Assembly (NCBI GenBank): GCA_002104905.1
Contig: MCFE01000132.1
Span: 62,001 to 126,000 of the forward strand
Length of the DNA stretch: 64,000 nucleotides
Direction: 5' to 3'
From: Basidiobolus meristosporus CBS 931.73
Taxonomy: Eukaryota > Fungi > Basidiobolomycota
Shown here: one piece after another, positions 1 through 12,900 of the stretch
Layout: every line of letters starts with the position of its first letter
Numbering within the stretch: the stretch's first letter is position 1
The notes under the pieces: generated by a model
Seen by the model: the letters and a program-made list of their open reading frames with translations, nothing else
What the model was told of the DNA's origin: nothing
Databases searched by the model: none
Translations under genes and position numbers: made by a program

Positions 1-868
1 ATTTTTTCTCTGAGGGCAGTACTTTGCAATATGTCCTTGCTGGTGGCAATTAAAGCAAAGTCCTTTCTTCTTATATTTTTCTGAGGTAGGATTCTTCTGC
101 ATAGCATCTATTTCCATTGGCACTGCTTCTGATTGTCTTTGTTCATAGTGATTGTAGCCTTTGTGATTAGTCACTGTAGGCTTCCCAACTCCAAACATAG
201 CTGAGTCATAGTCAATGGCAATCTTTGTGGCTTCTTCCATAGTCTGAGGTCTTTGATAATTCACTTTCTTGCAAGTTATTTCTTTCAACCCATCAATAAA
301 GTATTCAACTTGATCCAGGGGGTCCATTCTTTCAATTTGTCCAAGTAGACATCTGTACTCATAGATGTATTCTTGTACCATTACTTTCTGTCTGAGTGTC
401 TTTAACTTCCTTCTTAGTAGTGTCTGCTGGTGTGGAGGCTCAAAAGCATCCTGAATTTCCAACACAAACTCATCCCATGTAGAGTTTGTAGAGCATCCCA
501 TGATAGTGGCTGACCTTATCTTGTTGTGTTACCACTGTAAAGCTGCATCTGCCAGGTAAGAAGCTGCATAATGCAATTTGCTTTCTGGAGCAATTCCTTT
601 AGCCTTCAAAGCTTCTTCAATCTGAAAGAGCCAAGTGTCAGGTTTTCATTGACTCTGCCATGGTACCAGTTGACCTTCACACTAAAGTTGCTCTTGATAG
701 GGCTTTGCTGGCTCTGAGCCATAGTAGTCATTCCTTGTTGCTGTTGGCTGAGGATCTGGAGTAACTGTTGCTGTTGGGCCAGAATTTGCTGCATAGCATT
801 CTTCCATTCTTGATTGTCCTATATCTTGAGGGTGGTTTCTTCTTTCTTCAGGAAGGAGGTTTCTGGTT
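1..868 (-). pseudogene. Degenerate Ty3/gypsy gag (family A), running off the window start
   Basis: The minus strand reads through stops and frameshifts from the ORF at 606-794 into retrotransposon-gag-like text (LFQIEEALKAKGIAP..YAASYLADAALQWY..WDEFV). It ends in a CCHC knuckle, CFNCHQQGHIAKYC (about 15-57). Confidence 0.85.
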
Positions 869-882
869 ATTGCTACTACCAA

Positions 883-1250
883 TGTCACAAGTCTTGGTAT
901 AATAGTTGTAAAGGAATAGGGAGTTTAGCTAGTATTGTATTCACTATAACTTGAACTGATTTTTATTGATGTTCCAGCAGCTCCTTATATACATTTTGCC
1001 AGATCAAATTCTGACTAATTGTACTTCCTAATGTAGGTTGTGGCTGATGACTCATTTGATTGCATCATCATCACCCAATAAGATCCTACTAGATATATCT
1101 ATTTCTGTCTGATAAGAATCTGCCGAGTCAATTGCTGACTAATGCTACTGATTTCACAGATAATACTGATATACTGCTAACCTAAACTTAAACTAATTGA
1201 TTTGACTAAAAACTGATCTAACTTAAATATTCAAGCAGCAGATCATAACA
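883..1250 (-). repeat. 5' LTR of the family A Ty3/gypsy element
   Basis: TG...CA ends on the minus strand are followed by PBS-like TGGTAGTAGC (about 871-881) just before gag. 900-1060 aligns by eye with 20985-21135. The outer boundary is approximate. Confidence 0.6.
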
Positions 1251-1711
1251 GTAGACTATTGTATTAATAATATTGACATCTCCAGATATTGAAGATGCAG
1301 TGGTAATAGTCAGTCAGTTGATGTAGAATTATGGATATGATCAAATTGTTGCGGTAAGGCAGATTTTCAAATATCTTAAAGTACTCTAGATATGGTGCTG
1401 AAATGCTCTGGAGAAGCTAAAAGGCAAAAAATCTGATGCTTATAGTCATTCTGATTGAGGAAGAGGTCTGTTTGACAGATGCTTCATAACTTAATATAGG
1501 TTATTATGTAATTGTATAGTTGTTACCTGGAATATCAAGAAACAACCAACTTCAACATTCTCAGCACCAGAGGCAGAGTATGTGCCTTCTTCTCACGCAA
1601 TCAGCAACAAAATATAGGTAAAGAGCTTACTCAAAGACTTTTGTATCAATGCTCATGAGCTAGTTTGTATTTACAAGGATATTCAAAGTTGTATTTCATT
1701 GGACAGAAGGG
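1251..1711 (+). mobile_element. Ty1/copia RT-RNaseH C-terminal remnant
   Basis: PDI..AV..VSQ, AVRQIFKYLK and STxEAEYV (about 1560-1585) motifs are homologous to 6080-6400. A purine tract at about 1701-1711 precedes the LTR. Confidence 0.7.
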
Positions 1712-4700
1712 TTGGTGATAATTGATTAGTTGATTTCATTCAGTTTCTGAGAAGTTTACTTATTAACTCTGGACCTGTTTAACTCAGTGTTGGACTTATT
1801 TGCACAGCAGATGTCACTATCTTTTGGATCTATGATTTTATCATTGTTCCCCTACAGTCAAGATCAAGTTAATGCTTTTACTAAATAGTAGTACTTTAGA
1901 TCCATAAACCTCTCAAACAGCCACAGAAGGCTGAAGAGACTTTGACAGAAAATAACTGCCTGTTAATACCTCAATCAAAATTGATGTTTACTTGCACTAG
2001 CTCAAAAGATGAGACACTTGATCAAGATGGGTAACATGCAGATAGGCTGAAGAAAAGTGCTATAAGGGGAGTAGGTTATTGGAGACTGCAGACTATGGAC
2101 AAAGCCATCAAGATTGCTATTCACTGAGAGCCAGCTATGGTTGGAGCTGGACAGCACACAATGAACCATAAAAAATCTGCAATTACTATGAACACAAAAA
2201 TGGCAAACTGCGCCTGCAGAATTATTTGTATACAAAACTATGAGACTCCCCTTACTTAGTATTACAGCTGATTACTTCTACAAAGGCATAAATACTGTGC
2301 TTCTTTATGAATAAACAACAGCTCAGCTTTAATCATTATTTCTTGATATGATCCTTGTATCTAAAACATTTCTCAAATTGCTGCAGGTTATGAGTCCCAT
2401 TTGCCTTTATCAATTTTAGATATGACTTCTACCAGCAAATAGAGCAATACCTATATCTTCCCTCTAAAGGAGAGGTTTGATAGGAGAAACTACAGACTTG
2501 GAGAATCAAGATGCATATCCACCTTGAGGATACACAGCTTTAGAATATAGTAGCACAATAAGTAGTTGAGCCCAAAAAATCAGCAGAAGAAGTTAACAAG
2601 CTTGAAGAAATGTAGAGAAAGGCCTGTGATGCCATATATATTAGTATGCAAAATTCTTTCACTGGAAAGATTTATTCATTGGACAAGTTTATGCTTTCAA
2701 ATACTGTCAAAGCATCATGGGAATTATCAGACAAGATCTTTAGAGCAAAGTCAGTATCAAGCAGGCTTTTTTTAAAACAAATGTGCTTCAATATGTGGAA
2801 GAAGCCAGATTATGATATGCTATAGCTCATTAACAGAATGGAGATACTTACAGAAGAACTTTACCATATTAATGGTGGTGTAGATGATGCAAGAAAAAAT
2901 AGTATGTCTGCTTTGTAGCTTACCAGACAAGTATTAGCCACTTGTACCTTCTCTTGAAAGTAGGGAAGTCAATGCAACTTTGGACTATGTCAAATGAAGA
3001 CTTCTCCATGAGGAACTCTGACATAATGATCAAGCAGAGAAAACTGAAGATAATTCTATATTTAGCTCAGAAAGGCACTCTGAAAAGAAGGGAAATCAAC
3101 AAAATAAAGGGCACCTAGTTGCTGTAACTACTGTAGAAGCCAGGGAACTGGGCAAGAGAATGCAAGAAAAACCAAGCAGTCAAAAACAGAAGCTAGAGCA
3201 GGCAAACAATATAAGAACTGATGAGCAGTTAATTATGGCTGTAAAAGAGAGTGCAAGTAGCTGTAGAAATGAATGGTATATTGGCTCTAGTGCATCAAAG
3301 CATATTTGCAATATAGAGGAGTGATTCAGCAACTTCAAGACTATTCCCATATGATAGACTTATCTGGGAGACAACTCTGCACTGGAAGCCACAGCCAGTG
3401 AGTCAAAACAGCTAAATATAAGTGATATCTGTTGAAATATTGGACTATTTGGTATCATTCAGCAGCTAATAATTTACTTAGCAATTCTAGCCTAGTCTTA
3501 GTCACTGTAGGACTCACTTACTGCCTTAACTTTGCCACTTTCTTCAGATATATGATCTTATGATTATTCCCCTATAGTCAGAATCAAATCAGCACCGTTA
3601 CCAAACATTATGTACTAACCCTGAAACTGTTACAGAATGCTCCTGAATATTGAGAAACCCTCCCTACCTAGTGTTGCAGCTGTATTACTTCTGCAAAGGT
3701 ATGAATACAGAGCTTCTTTATGAATAAACAACAGTTCAACTATTATCACTATTTCTTGATAAGTTCCTTATATCCAAATCACTTCTTAAGTTGCAACAAT
3801 ATCTCAGGGGCAACAACATCAAAACTGACTGACATACTTTATGCACCTGGACCATCTAAGAGCCTACTGTCAGTTAGCAAAGCCAAGACTCAAGGACTGA
3901 AATTGGCTTTTACTAAGCTGAACTGCTCAATAGTGAATGAAATGGACCAAAATTAGCTCCAGGTATCAGAGATTACAATATATGCAAGTTGTATGAAGGA
4001 TTATTGTACTTGGGAATGTCAACATTGATGAAAATGTTGAAAATAACTCAGAGACATGGTATAGGAGTGTAGAATACATTGGGGAACAGAAAATGAACTA
4101 AGTTGTGAAAAATCTGCTTGCTCTGGGCCTCAATTACTCAATTCCAATCATATAGGGTGCCTTTACAGATTGATTGTATGGCCAACAAGCTAGGCAATGC
4201 TTCAGGAGCTCAGAAGGCATTAATACTACCAAAATACTAGCTATTGCACAATCAGACATATGAGGGGCCATAAGAGCACTCTCCCTTGGAGCCATGAGGT
4301 AGGTTATGACATTTATTGATGACAAATCAGGATGTACAAGGGTGTACTCCCTCAAGACAACAGATGAGGCTCTAGAGACGTTCAAGCATCTTGAGAGCAA
4401 GGCAGAAACTCAAGCTGGGTGTAAATTGACTCTACTTTAAAGTGCAAATGGAGGGAAATACTGCTTTAAAGAGTTTGCAAAGTACTCCCAACTACTGGTA
4501 TACTTCAACAGACAGCTGTTTCACATATTCCACTGCATAATGGAGTAGCAGAATGTCCAAATAGACCAAACGTAGAGATGGGAAGATCTATTCCATGTGA
4601 TAAGGTGAATGGACTATTTATTTTGGACTGAATCTGTATTTTGCATAGTGTACATCAAGAATAGCTGCCCAACTACAGCACTACATCTTTCTACATTCTT

Positions 4701-6816
4701 TGAAGCATATACAGGTAATAACCACCCCTTAGGGGCCTCAAGATCTTTAGCAGTGATGATTTTTATTGCAACCCTTCCAAAAAATACCCTAAGTCGGAGC
4801 CATGTAGTGAACAAGGGATCTTGCTTGGGTATTATGAAGATATTAAGGGTTATAGAGTGAATAATGGCTAAATTCAGAAGCCAATCAAGAGCAGCAATGT
4901 TGTATATGAGGTGAAATCAGATCTGAAAGCTACTCAAATCTTTTCGCCAGCTGCCCAATGATGTATTCAACACTAATGAAGGAGTTGTATACCTAATTCA
5001 GCCAGATACAGAAGAAAATTCACTAGTTCCAGATTGGAGCAAATTATCCCAGATAGGTGATCTACCAGAATAAAAAATGCTTCTGAATACTGGTGGCAGA
5101 CATTCAATGAATGTGAAGAACCTTGTCTTGCCTTATGGGCCAAATTTCAGAGTCTGGAAAAAGCAAGGTAGGGTTCAGATACTACTATATGGCAACAAGC
5201 CTTGCAGGAGGAGTACCAATCACTGTTCATGGCAGAAATGTGGCAACTGGTAGATTTACCAAATGGGAGAATGCTAATGGGATGTAGATGGGTTCACAAG
5301 ATCAAGATAATCTCAAATGGTACTCTTGACAAGTACAAGACTAAATTTGTGCTTAAAGGCTGTTCCCAGATCCAAGCACTGAGCTTAAGGGTACATTTGC
5401 TCCAGTTGCATATTTTACCTCCTTTAGGACAGCTCTAGCCCTGGCAGCAGTATACAGTCTAGGTCTGCACCAAATGTATTTCAGAACAGCCTTTCTAAGT
5501 GGGAATCTGCAGGAGAACTTACCTATGGAGCAACAAAAAGGTATTACCAACCCAAACGGCCCCTACATGATTTGCTGACTTAAAAACTGCTGTGCAGACT
5601 TAACAGGCACCTAGAGCATGGTGTAAGAAGACTAGCACATACATAGAGGAAAATGGGTTCATTTGTAGCACTGCAAATTATAGTATATATGTGCAACATC
5701 TCAAAAGGGGAGTAATTGTTGTAGTTCTTCAGATGACAACCTAATATCAGCTGTAAGAGTCCAGAAGGCACTTAAACAGACAAAATCAGATCACTACAGC
5801 AAGTTTGAGATGAAAGATTTGTGAAAATTGGGCTATTTTGTTGGGATTGAAGTCAAATTTGATATAACTATGTAGAAGATTGCGCTGAATTAGTCTAGCT
5901 AGATCAGAGACTTTCTTAGACAACTCAAGATGTAAAATTGCAAGCCAGCAGCAACCCTCATGGAAAATAACTTAAGATTGAGCAAGTCTCAGCCAGTTCT
6001 GGGTCAAAACTGCTCAAATTTGGACCACAACTTCAACTACCAGTCAATGGTTGGTAGCCTGCTGTACTGATTGGTATCTACATATTCAGATACTGCAGAG
6101 GCATTTGGAATAGTTAGTCATATTATGCATATTATGGATCTGACCAAATAACAGCAGTTAAGCAGATTTTCAGATATCTACAAGGTACTATCTGTATGGT
6201 ACCGGAATACTCTGGAGCAGCCAAGAGGCAAGAATTTGATTTTTGTGGTGATTCAGCTTGGGTTAGGGATCTGATCAACAGATGCTTTACCACTGGGCAT
6301 GCATTTTGTATGCTTGTGCAGCTATTACCTGGTATTGTTAGAAACAACCATCTGTGGCCCTATCTACACCTGAGGCAGAATATATGGCTGCATGTTAAGA
6401 ATCTCAGTGAGAAATTAGGATTAAGATACTATTTAGTTGAAGAGAAAGGTTGAAATAATGGGCTACAAGGTATCATTCAATAGCTAAAACTTACTTAATA
6501 ATTCTGGACTAGTCTTAGTCATTGTGGGACTCATTTGCAGCCCTAAAAGTGCCTATATCATTCAGATCTATGTTCCTGTGATTATTCTCTGCTAGTCAAG
6601 ATTTAATTAACACTGTTACCAAGCATTATATATAAACCCTGAAACTCTTGTAGTAGGCTACTGAATGTGGAGAGACTTCCCTTACTTAGTGTTACAGCAG
6701 TATTACTTCTATAAAGGTATAAATGCTGAGCTTTTTTTTGAATATATAACAGTTCAACTTTTATCATTATTCCTTGATAAGTTCCTTATATCCAAAAAAC
6801 TTCTTAATTTATATCA
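1712..6816 (+). mobile_element. Degenerate Ty1/copia LTR retrotransposon (gag-PR-IN-RT-RH remnants)
   Basis: LTRs lie at about 1712-2385 (with an internal insertion) and 6448-6816. A copia-type PBS, GGTTATGAGTCCC, is at 2386. Remnant motifs: protease WYIGSSASKHIC (about 3275-3310); integrase TFIDD.SG, SANGGKY, NGVAE, FWTESV (4300-4650); RT QEEYQSL..WQLVDLP..GCRWV (5202-5350); RNaseH DSAWVRD (6250). Many stops. Confidence 0.8.
3430..3798 (+). repeat. Solo copia LTR (369 bp) inserted inside its own family's element
   Basis: TGTTGAAAT...TTGCAACA has the same length as the LTR at 6448-6816 and aligns with it. It is flanked by a 5-bp TSD, ATATC (3425-3429 and 3799-3803). Confidence 0.85.
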
Positions 6817-6920
6817 CGTTACCTGCTGTGCTGGAGAAAACTAATTTATGAACCACTGTTTCACTAATTGTGCTGGAGAAACACCAGTTTTGACCTTTTT
6901 TGGGATTAACGTTGTGCATG

Positions 6921-7239
6921 ATGTGTAAGAGTACAGTTGACCTTAGGACATGCATTTGATACTCAGTACCCAGGGTGCTCTTATTAGCTCAAGAGGCTTG
7001 TAACATAAGCCAAACATACATGCCACTATCTTGGTCCACTGGTACTATCTGTCATTATTCTCCTATATTGGCCTTAAAGTAAAATCAATACAACACACTT
7101 ATAGTGCCAGTTAATACCAGTGGACTAAGATAGTGGCATGTATGTTTGGTTCATGTTGGAAGCCTCTTGTGCTAGAGTCAGAGTGCCATGGATAGTGAGT
7201 ACAACATTCATGTCTTTGGTACTCTGTGCTCTTACACAT
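6921..7239. repeat. Imperfect inverted repeat / MITE-like foldback element
   Basis: 6921-7048 is the approximate reverse complement of about 7110-7239. For example, caagaggcttgtaacataagccaaacatacatgccactatcttggtccactgg pairs with ccagtggactaagatagtggcatgtatgtttggttcatgttggaagcctcttg. Confidence 0.75.
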
Positions 7240-7399
7240 TGTCCTATACTACTGATTTGATAGAAAATACTGATCTAGGGATAGTCTATGCATGAAACCA
7301 GTTGGTTTCACTTGAAACTGGTCAAACTTAAACACTCAAGCAGTGGATTGTAACAGTTACTCCAGTTTGTCATCCAGCAGTAACAAGGAATGACTACTA

Positions 7400-8235
7400 T
7401 GGAATAGAGGCAGCAAAGTCCTGGCAACAGCTAATGTGGTGTGAATGTTAACAGGTACCATTATGGATTGATGTGGCTTTCAAGGCTAAACAAATTGCCT
7501 GAGAAAGCATGTTGCATGCTGTAGCTTCTAACTTGGCAGCTGCAGCTTTGCATTACAACCACAACAAAACCAGATTAGCCACCATGATGGCATGTTCTAC
7601 TATCCCTGCCTGGAATGATTTTGTGTTGGAAATTCTAAACAATTATGAACCTCCACACAAGTGGATACTACCAAGAAGGAAGCTGAAGATGGAGAAACAA
7701 ATCTAACAGTGACTGCAGCAAGGATACATTAGGCCCAGTAGACCAGTTTGAGGAGCACCAGAGCAATTTTTGAAAAGAAGGAAGAAACACTAAGTATAAG
7801 TGTTGACTGCAGAGCTGAGTAACAGTGAGAAACAAGTACCCTATAGCTTGAAGAGAAAAGCTTTTGAGCCATCTTAATGGGGCTACTAAACTCAGCAAGT
7901 TTTACCTCATCTGAGGGTACAACCAGATGAGACCCACCAGCAAGCATTCAGAACCCAATCCAGACATTATGAGCACTTAGTTATGAGTTTTGGTCTCAAT
8001 TGTACCCTTCCAATATTCATGCTATTGATACAAACATCTTTTAGGAGTGCTTGGACAGATTTGCAGTAATCTACCTTAGATGATATATTGATATACAGCA
8101 TAACAGAAGAGGACTACATGTTTCACATTGAGAAGGTCTAGGAGTGGCTAACAGCAAACAAGCTTTATAGCAAGCTGACAAAGTGTGAGCTTTTAAAGAA
8201 GCATGTTTTATATTTAGGAAACTTACTGACTGGTA
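7400..8235 (+). mobile_element. Degenerate Ty3/gypsy gag and RT fragments (family A)
   Basis: ORF 7509-7706 (AASNLAAAALHY..WNDFVLEILNNYEPPH) is paralogous to the gag at 1-868. RT remnants FGLN..P.IF, FAVIYL.DDILIYS and KLTKCE lie at 7985-8200. Confidence 0.7.
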
Positions 8236-8239
8236 GAAT

Positions 8240-8600
8240 TGCAACCTTGGACCCCAAGGATGCTAAAGCTTGTATGTGTGCAGGTACTCCTAAAAAATAG
8301 CTTGCATCAATCTCACTAATGTTGCCAAGGCATTAGTGAGGCAAAAACCTATGTCTAAATACTTATATTGTTCATATTTGGTTGTGAGTGCTGTCTTGGG
8401 GATATCTTGAGGTTTCTTCCTGATCAGGTTGTATTTTGACATGGGTCAATCTTGCTGAATATGGTGGCACCATTAGGCTGATTGTGAAGCTTATTAATCT
8501 GCAGTGTCCATTTGTTGCACTTCATAGTAACTGAGTTCTGGGCTCTGTAGCTTATGCACATCCCAAGCGCTCCATTCCCCTTCTTAACTCAAAGCACCGG
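8240..8600 (-). mobile_element. RT fragment of an older family A Ty3/gypsy element (target of later insertions)
   Basis: Reads PVL*VKKGNGALGMCISYRAQNSVT..GATIFSKID and DIPKTALTTKYEQYKYLDIGFCLTNALATLVRLMQ. Joined across the CCGG TSD to 16012+, it gives GYIGPSKSLWEAPVL*VKK, the canonical Ty3 RT start. Confidence 0.8.
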
Positions 8601-9906
8601 TGTGGTGGTGTATAGGTCCAAGGGAGAGATACGTCCAACACTTCTCAAGTGTTTTGTGTGTGGGGTGTTCACTGTGTGCAATAACCTCTGGCAAAAGCTT
8701 GCTAGGAATACTTGGGTTCTGTTTCTAATCTAATGTGAAGGGGAATAAAGCCACAAGCTTGTTAAGGGAAAACTATTGAGCTACAATCCCCAACTTAGTT
8801 GGCGTCTTAACAAAAGTATGTGCTGGGTTTGGCGTTGTGGTGGTATATAGGTCCAAGGGAGAGATACGTCCAACACTTCTCAAGTGTTTTGTGTGTGGGG
8901 TGTTCACTGGGTGCGATAACCTCTGGCAAAAGCTTGCTAGGAATACTTGGGTTCTGTCTCTAATCTAATGTGAAGGGGAATAAAGCCACAAGCTTGTCAA
9001 GGGAAAACTATTGAGCTACAATCCCCAACTTAGTTGGCGTCTTAACAAAAGTATGTGCTGGGTTCAGCATCCTTTGAGATGACAATGTACTAAAGCTTCC
9101 AAAGTCAAAACAACTGTAAACTCCACCAGCAGGGACTTGATAAGAATGCAGCTGTGGTCAATAGTTACAAAGACAGAAAAGTATCTTTGCCTGTACAAGA
9201 ACAAACTTGGGAAAGAATCAAATATAATAAAAGATACCTACTCTGAGTATTCCTCACAAGTAGTGCCTCCAAGGTCAGTTGGCTGTCAGCGCGGTTTCCT
9301 GGGAGTGTCCTGTGGTCTAGGGTTGGAAGTTCAGGTAGCAGCAGGTAGCAGTGATCACACTAATCAACAAGTTGGTATATTGATAAAAGGGATGATGATT
9401 TATTGTTGAGGGATAGCCTCCCTTATATACTTTTCTTACTGGCTAAGTGATTACTAATCATGGTGTTCCAGAAGGTTCCAGATATCAATAGAAATCTTAA
9501 TGACATCCAAATGACCTAAGAATGTTCTAAGTAGGTGCCGGAAGGTTCTAAGAGGCACAGCACATCCAACCAATCAGGAATCAGTATTCTGAAGCCTGTG
9601 TAACATGGGGATACCATATATGGTATGGAAGTGGTAGGGATGGTGACACGGGCTGATCATGTGTCACGGGTACTGGCGCGGGTACTTGCCTAATATAGAA
9701 GTACTTATAGCTAGTAATCTTACATAAAGTGAGGGGTAACTTATGCAATAAGGTAAGCAGGTGTGATAGTCAACCGGCTTATGGGATAGTACTGATTGGG
9801 TAAGACAAATGGGATAAAACTAAAATAAGTGTAGTAGAGATATAGGGAAGTAGAAAATAAGGGAATGAGCACATCTGTCAGTGGGTGTCACTGTCACCCC
9901 ACTACA
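8601..9906 (-). repeat. 3' LTR of the family B element with a 235-bp terminal tandem duplication
   Basis: 8836-9906 is a complete 1071-bp LTR. 8601-8835 repeats 8836-9070. Confidence 0.9.
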
Positions 9907-9987
9907 TCCACCCCCCTCTCAGCTTTGAACTTGGGTCAAAGCAAACTAATCTTGATGTGCGAAATTCCCATGCTTGAATAACTTAAG

Positions 9988-12900
9988 TCAATTTCCAGCA
10001 ACTGGTGCTCTCAACTGGGTGTTGTCAAGCTCAGATATGTAATAACTTCCATTTCCAATCACTTTGGAAATGAGGTAGGGGCCAGTCCATTTGTTGTCAA
10101 ACTTCCGACTCCATTGCTTGTCCAAGGTAGAATCGTAGAGTAATACTGGGTCTCCTAGTGATAGTGGTTTTGGTCTTGTTGGGTGTGATTTGTCAAAGGG
10201 CACCTTGTTCTTTAGTTGTGTATCCTTAAGTTGTTCAGCAGCTCTGCTGATATTCAAGTCATGGTGATCAAGTTGCTGTATGCAAGTTGCAAGGAGGTCT
10301 TCAGTCTGCATATTGGATCTCCAATTCAATGAGTTCCAAGTGACTGTGTTTAACTCAACTGGTAGTATGCAGTCATGTCCATAGAGTAGCTTGAATGGCG
10401 ATAATCCAGTTGTCCTCTTAGTAGTAATTCTATCTGCCCAGAGTGCTAGATGTAATTGCTGTGGCCACAGTGTTGTGTTATTCTCACAGGTCTTGACAAG
10501 AGAGTTCACCAATGGTCCATGTCCTCTCTCTATCATTCCATTGGCTTGAGGGTGGTAAGCTGTTGTAAAAGCAATGTGTATCTTGTACTTTGAGCACAAC
10601 TCCTGGATCATTTGGGATGTCATCTCTCCTCTGTCAGCAACAAACTGTTGGATGCAGCCAAATCTGCAGATGATGTCTTCAAGTATAAATCTCCATATGG
10701 TATGGCTCTTGTTGTTGGGCAAGGCTCAAGCCTCTGCCCATCCACTAAGGTCATCTCTAGCAACAATCAGGTACTTTTTTTGATCCAGCTGTTGGCATGT
10801 GGACAAGGTCAATACCAACCTTTTGCCATAGACAGATTGTGTAAGTAGGATGCAGTGGTTCTTCAAAACGCTTGGAGGATCTCTTCTGGCAGGCTACACA
10901 TGACTCAACAAAGTGTTGGATACCATAGTACATGTTTTCCCAGTAGTACCTCTGAGCTGTAGTATTGTATGTGGCTTCTTGTCCTCTATGTCCTCCTGGT
11001 TCTCCTTGGTGGATACTTGTCATGATGTTCAGTTGCTCTTGAGGGGTAGTGACTACTCTTCTTGGCATAAGTCCAGGTTTCACTTGCTTAAAGAGAAGAT
11101 CATCTTTAAGATAGCAGTGGTGTGCCTTCTTCCTGAGTTTTCTAAACTCCTGAATATCCATCCAACTAGGTTTCTTAAGTGTCCTTAGATATTCCTTGAT
11201 CAGACTCCAGGTAGTTCTCTCTTGGTCTTTGATGGCAATCTGTCGGATCTCTGCATCAATAATATCATCAAAGTGAGGGTCCAAGTCTTCAAATAATTGT
11301 GGTCCCTTCCTGGAGAGTGCATCAGCCACAACGTTTGTCTTGCCAGGGATATGTTTGACCTCAAAGTCAAACATTTTTAGCCATGCCATCCATCGGTTTG
11401 TGGCATCATCAGGTAGGTCAGGCTTGTTGATCATTCCTATAAGTGGCTTGGCATCTGTCTCCAGGATAAAATGTGTCATGTAGAGTTGTGACTTCAGTTT
11501 CCTCAGCATCTTCACAACTCCTAGTAGTTCTCTCTTAATCTGTGAGTATCTTTGTTCTCTAGGAGAGAATAGGCAGCTCTCATATCTGCAGGCATAGCGG
11601 TTGCCATCTTCATCATCTTGTCCAAGTAGTGCTCCAGCTCCTATGGGGCTTGCATCCACTGTCAAAATAGGTGGGCATTCAGTGTTTTGATAGTCAAGAG
11701 GTCTTAGAACTGGTGGAGATACTAAGGCCTCTTTCAGTAATTGCATGGCTTCTTCTTGCTCTTCTCCCCAGATAAATGGGGTGTTCTTTCTCTGTAGTTG
11801 GTAAATTGGTTCTGCTATCTCAGAAAATCTTGGGATCCAGATCCTAAAGAACCCACAAGCAGCCACAAAGCCACAAGCTTGTGTGAGATTTGTGGGGGTA
11901 GGCCAGTTGCATATCTTTTGTGTCTTGGAGTCTCCACGTGAACGACCAAAGGTGTTGCATTTTTGTCCAACAATGGATATCTCTGATACACCAAAGCTGC
12001 TTTTCTCACCACTGATGGTGAGTCCAGCTTCTTCAATGGCTCCTAATATGGCATCATTGTCTGCAATATGGTCATAGACAAACTTTCTTACTCCAGGCAT
12101 AACTTCAGTGGTGTCCCGGAATTTTGATCCTTTGATGCCTATGTCATCCACAAAGACAGCAAGTTTCTCAGGTATAAGCTGATACAGCACATTTACCATG
12201 CATCTCTGGAACTGAGCCACGGAGTTTGTAGCCCCTTGACTGAGTCTTGTCATCCTTAACAGTCCAAATGGTGTCTGTAGTGCAAACATATCTCTTGATG
12301 TCTCATCAAGGGGGATCTGGTCATATCCTGAGTAGAGATCATATGTTGAGTAGATGGAGTGGCCACTAAAGCTTTCTGCAAAGTCATCAATAGATGGAGG
12401 TATAGCAGCATCTCTGATAGTGACAGCATTTGCAGGTTGCATGTCTTGAATGAATCGGAGCTTTCCATTCTTGTTTTTGGTCACAAACCATCTGTTAGCA
12501 TAGGGTCCATGGCCAGGTTCTAGGATACCAGCTTCTATCTTCTTCTTAAGTAGGTCATGCACATCAGCTTGGAGTCCTCTGGGCAGTGGGTAAGGCTTAA
12601 ATGACCAGGGTGTGTGGGGCACTGTATGAATCTTGATGGGTTTTTCAACCGATGTCTTTAAGAGTCCCATCTCCTTGTCATTATATGAGAAGACCTTATC
12701 ATGCCTTTTCAAGGTCTCCTTGAATAATAGTATCTCCTCTGGTGTTAGGTTTCCATCACCAATGATAAGTTGCTTAAGTCTCTCAGGTGTAAGTTGTATG
12801 TCATCTGGTGTTTCTTCTGGTGGTCTAATGTAATCAGCAGGTTGAGATCCATCAGTCAGTGGGGTAAGTGATGGTCTAATCTTCTGCTCTACTGTCTTGT

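Noticed and set aside
9137-9409. 90-aa ORF MIRMQLWSIV... repeated at 15242-15514 and 23744-24016
   Set aside because: It lies inside the LTR, antisense to the element, starts at TTG and has no recognisable motif. Its recurrence only reflects LTR identity.
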